Shown in pieces: positions 61,647 through 64,000 of a DNA stretch of 64,000 nt. The translations under genes and the position numbers were made by a program. Within the stretch, counting starts at the first letter, position 1; each line of letters opens with the position of its first letter. The stretch covers positions 98,557-162,556 of the forward strand of contig NW_008246104.1 in the NCBI RefSeq assembly GCF_000281045.1, given 5' to 3'. This DNA comes from Saprolegnia diclina VS20 (Eukaryota). The notes under the pieces were generated by a model. It worked only from the letters and a program-made list of their open reading frames with translations. It was not told the origin of the DNA and made no database searches.

Positions 61647-62398
61647 ACCTCGACTCGAAAGTCCTCATGTAATGTGTGTAGTTGCAGAGCCAATGCTGCT
61701 CGCGTCGCCTGGGTGGTCGGAGTTTTGCGCGCGGCGTCCGCCCGATGATCGCTTTGTCCAGTCGGTCTAGTTTCTGCGAAAAGACTAGCGTCAATAGTAG
61801 AGTAGGAGTCGACCATTTGCACTAATATAATGGGCCAATTGAATGGTTTTGTTTATCGCGGCGTTGACAATTCTGTCCACTTCGGTGACCGGTGTGGTCC
61901 AGTGTGTGGTCTACACGTTGGGCAAGGTACTGTAGTCTACAGTACACTCGCGCAGCGCAGCGCTGGTGCCACTGTGCTTTGCTTTCTTTCGCAGGTGCAG
62001 CGTGGATGTGTGCACGCGCCATCGCAGTGTTCGTCCAGTGACAGCCCGTGGCGTGTCCCAACGTGCTGCGTGCGGGAAGAGCAGCTCCTTCTTGCCATAT
62101 CCTCGGCCGTCGCACGGTAGGACTTCGTTGGTCGTTGCTGTCGGCGTTGTCGGTGCCAAGGGCCAATTGTCGGTTCCAACCGGTCGGCTGCAAGAAAATG
62201 CAGCCTTTGAACTTGGTGCGTGGGGCTTTTATGAACATATATTTACGTAATAAAATGTACAATATTGTCTGTCAACTCGACGCGCGATGCTTCGAGGCGC
62301 TATCGATTTGCTTCGTCCTCGTTCGCGACGGTTCGAGGTCTATACAAACATCAAGTGTAGGAAAGGCGCGATTTAAAACCACACAAAAAATCACCAAG

Positions 62399-63905
62399 AT
62401 GATGTTGACCCGCCACCTGCGCCGCGCGCTGAGCGACCTCGCGCCGCGCCAAGACCCGGTCGCCAACCGCACGCTCAAGCTCCTCGAGCGCAAGAAGGTC
62501 ACAACGCTCGACATTGGCATCCTCAAGCGCAAGCAGAAGCCGATCACGATGGTCACGGCCTACGACTACCCTTCGTACGCCCGTCGTCTGCAGCCTATCG
62601 GTACCATTCTAACGCTAGGGCGGTGCACGTGGACCTTGCGGGCTTTGACGTGCTCCTCATTGGCGACTCGGTCGGCATGGTCGAGCTCGTACGCGATTGA
62701 CGGCGCGGATTGAATTGCTCATGGATCGTATTTAGGGCATGGATACGTACGCTGGCTTGCTCCTGCCACAAGCATTGGAGTCTTAACCTTCTCGTAGCAC
62801 GATTCCTGTGACCTTGGATGACATCATTTACCACTCCAAGGCTGTCTGCCGGTATTCACAACGTTCGATAATGACGATTTGGTTGACACGAGTATGGACT
62901 AGTGGCGCCAAGCGTCCGCTGCTCGTGGCCGACATGCCGTTTGACTCGTGCGAAGGCCACCGCTTCGAGGCGCTCAAGAATGCCCAGCGCTTGCTCAAGG
63001 AGGGTGGCGTCGACTGCGTCAAGATCGAAGGCGGCGTCGAGCGTGCGGAAACGAGTACGTGGCAAGCCACACTCGCATCGGTGGACGATATTCCTCTCTA
63101 GTCAAGACGCTTGTCGATGGCGGTATCGCCGTCATGGGCCACGTTGGCTTGCGCCCGCAGGCCATCTCGGTACTTGGTGGCTTCCGCGCGCAGGGTCGCA
63201 CAGGTATAGTGTTACTCCTCGTCATTCGTCAACTCAACTTTACATCGCATGCGTAGCCAAGCAAGCCGAGCAGATCATTGAAGACGCACTCGCGGTGCAG
63301 GTAGATCTTTCTTCCTCTCGACGCCCTTCTGACTCGATTCCGTGTATTTGTAGAAAGCTGGTGCATTTGCCGTCGTTGTCGAGTGTGTGCCGTCGGTAGG
63401 CAACATCGCTCGGCGTGGCTTTTGTGAAAATCACGATATTCTAGGTCGTCGCCAAGGCCTTGACCGAGATCCTCGACATCCCGACGATCGGGATTGGGTC
63501 CGGTCAGCACACGAGCGGCCAAGTGCTCGTGTTCCACGACCTGCTCGGCATGCTCCAGCACCCGCACCACGCCCAGGTAGACAAAATATCGATGTATCAA
63601 GTATTCGACAAATTCGTTTGGCCTAGCACGTCCCCAAGTTTTGCAAGAAATACGCGGACGTGGGCGAGCGCATCCGCCAAGGCCTCGAGGCGTACCGCGA
63701 AGACGTCGAGCACGCACGCTTCCCGAACGACGACTATTCTCCGTACAAGGTATGTATTCCTTATAGCTGTGCGGCAGCGTCATGTAGTACGTAGATGTCC
63801 AAGGACGAGCAGGCCAAGCTGGCGGCGCTTGTCGACACCAAGTACGCCAAGCAAGCGGACGAGGCGGAAGAAGTGTTTGTCTCGGAAGTCTCCAAGGTCT
63901 ATTAA
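62399..63905 (+). CDS. panB: 3-methyl-2-oxobutanoate hydroxymethyltransferase, many short exons
   Basis: [50 protein letters not shown] and [12 protein letters not shown]. Mitochondrial-type leader [12 protein letters not shown]. Confidence 0.96.
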
Positions 63906-63916
63906 CACGAGCAATA

Positions 63917-64000
63917 TTACTCCTTCTTGGCCTTGTCCTTGAGCCGCTCCGATTGGCGCGTGGGTTTGGGCGACGCTTTTGCTTTCTTCTTTCCCGCCTT
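63917..64000 (-). CDS. C-terminal end of a Lys-rich protein entering from beyond the window (partial)
   Basis: [27 protein letters not shown] with TAA at 63917-63919. Confidence 0.55.
   Translation of the reverse strand, partial: KAGKKKAKASPKPTRQSERLKDKAKKE

Overview
Gene-dense eukaryotic window of about 35 intron-containing genes. Very short (~40-55 nt) GT-AG introns, GC-rich third codon positions, a PH-domain cellulose synthase and START/FYVE-type genes point to an oomycete, probably Saprolegniales (inference). Recognisable genes: COG3, PH-CesA, a SHAQKYF-type Myb, CFAP45, trpD, a bestrophin, an ATP-grasp ligase, RTF1, DUS3, an RNase III-like protein, a Chz1-like chaperone, a GLUT-type transporter, a HERP-like UBL protein, LSM8, UBA3 and panB. 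There are two assembly gaps. I saw no tRNA, rRNA, CRISPR array or intact transposon. Most interesting: (1) a spliced eukaryotic larB (nickel-pincer cofactor biosynthesis) with a mitochondrial-type leader; (2) beside it, a tandem pair of intronless bacterial Agt-like GT4 glycosyltransferases with near-identical C-terminal DNA but strongly diverged N-domains; (3) a minimal eIF4G-like protein (PAM2w + YxxxxLL + one MIF4G); (4) a COQ7-like protein lacking most di-iron ligands; (5) stand-alone AZUL and PARP-type zinc-finger proteins; (6) a MetAP1-type zinc finger inside the CesA catalytic loop; (7) a recurrent TATCCGGATA/CCGGAT promoter motif. Gene models were spliced by eye, and family calls come from motif recognition, not database searches.
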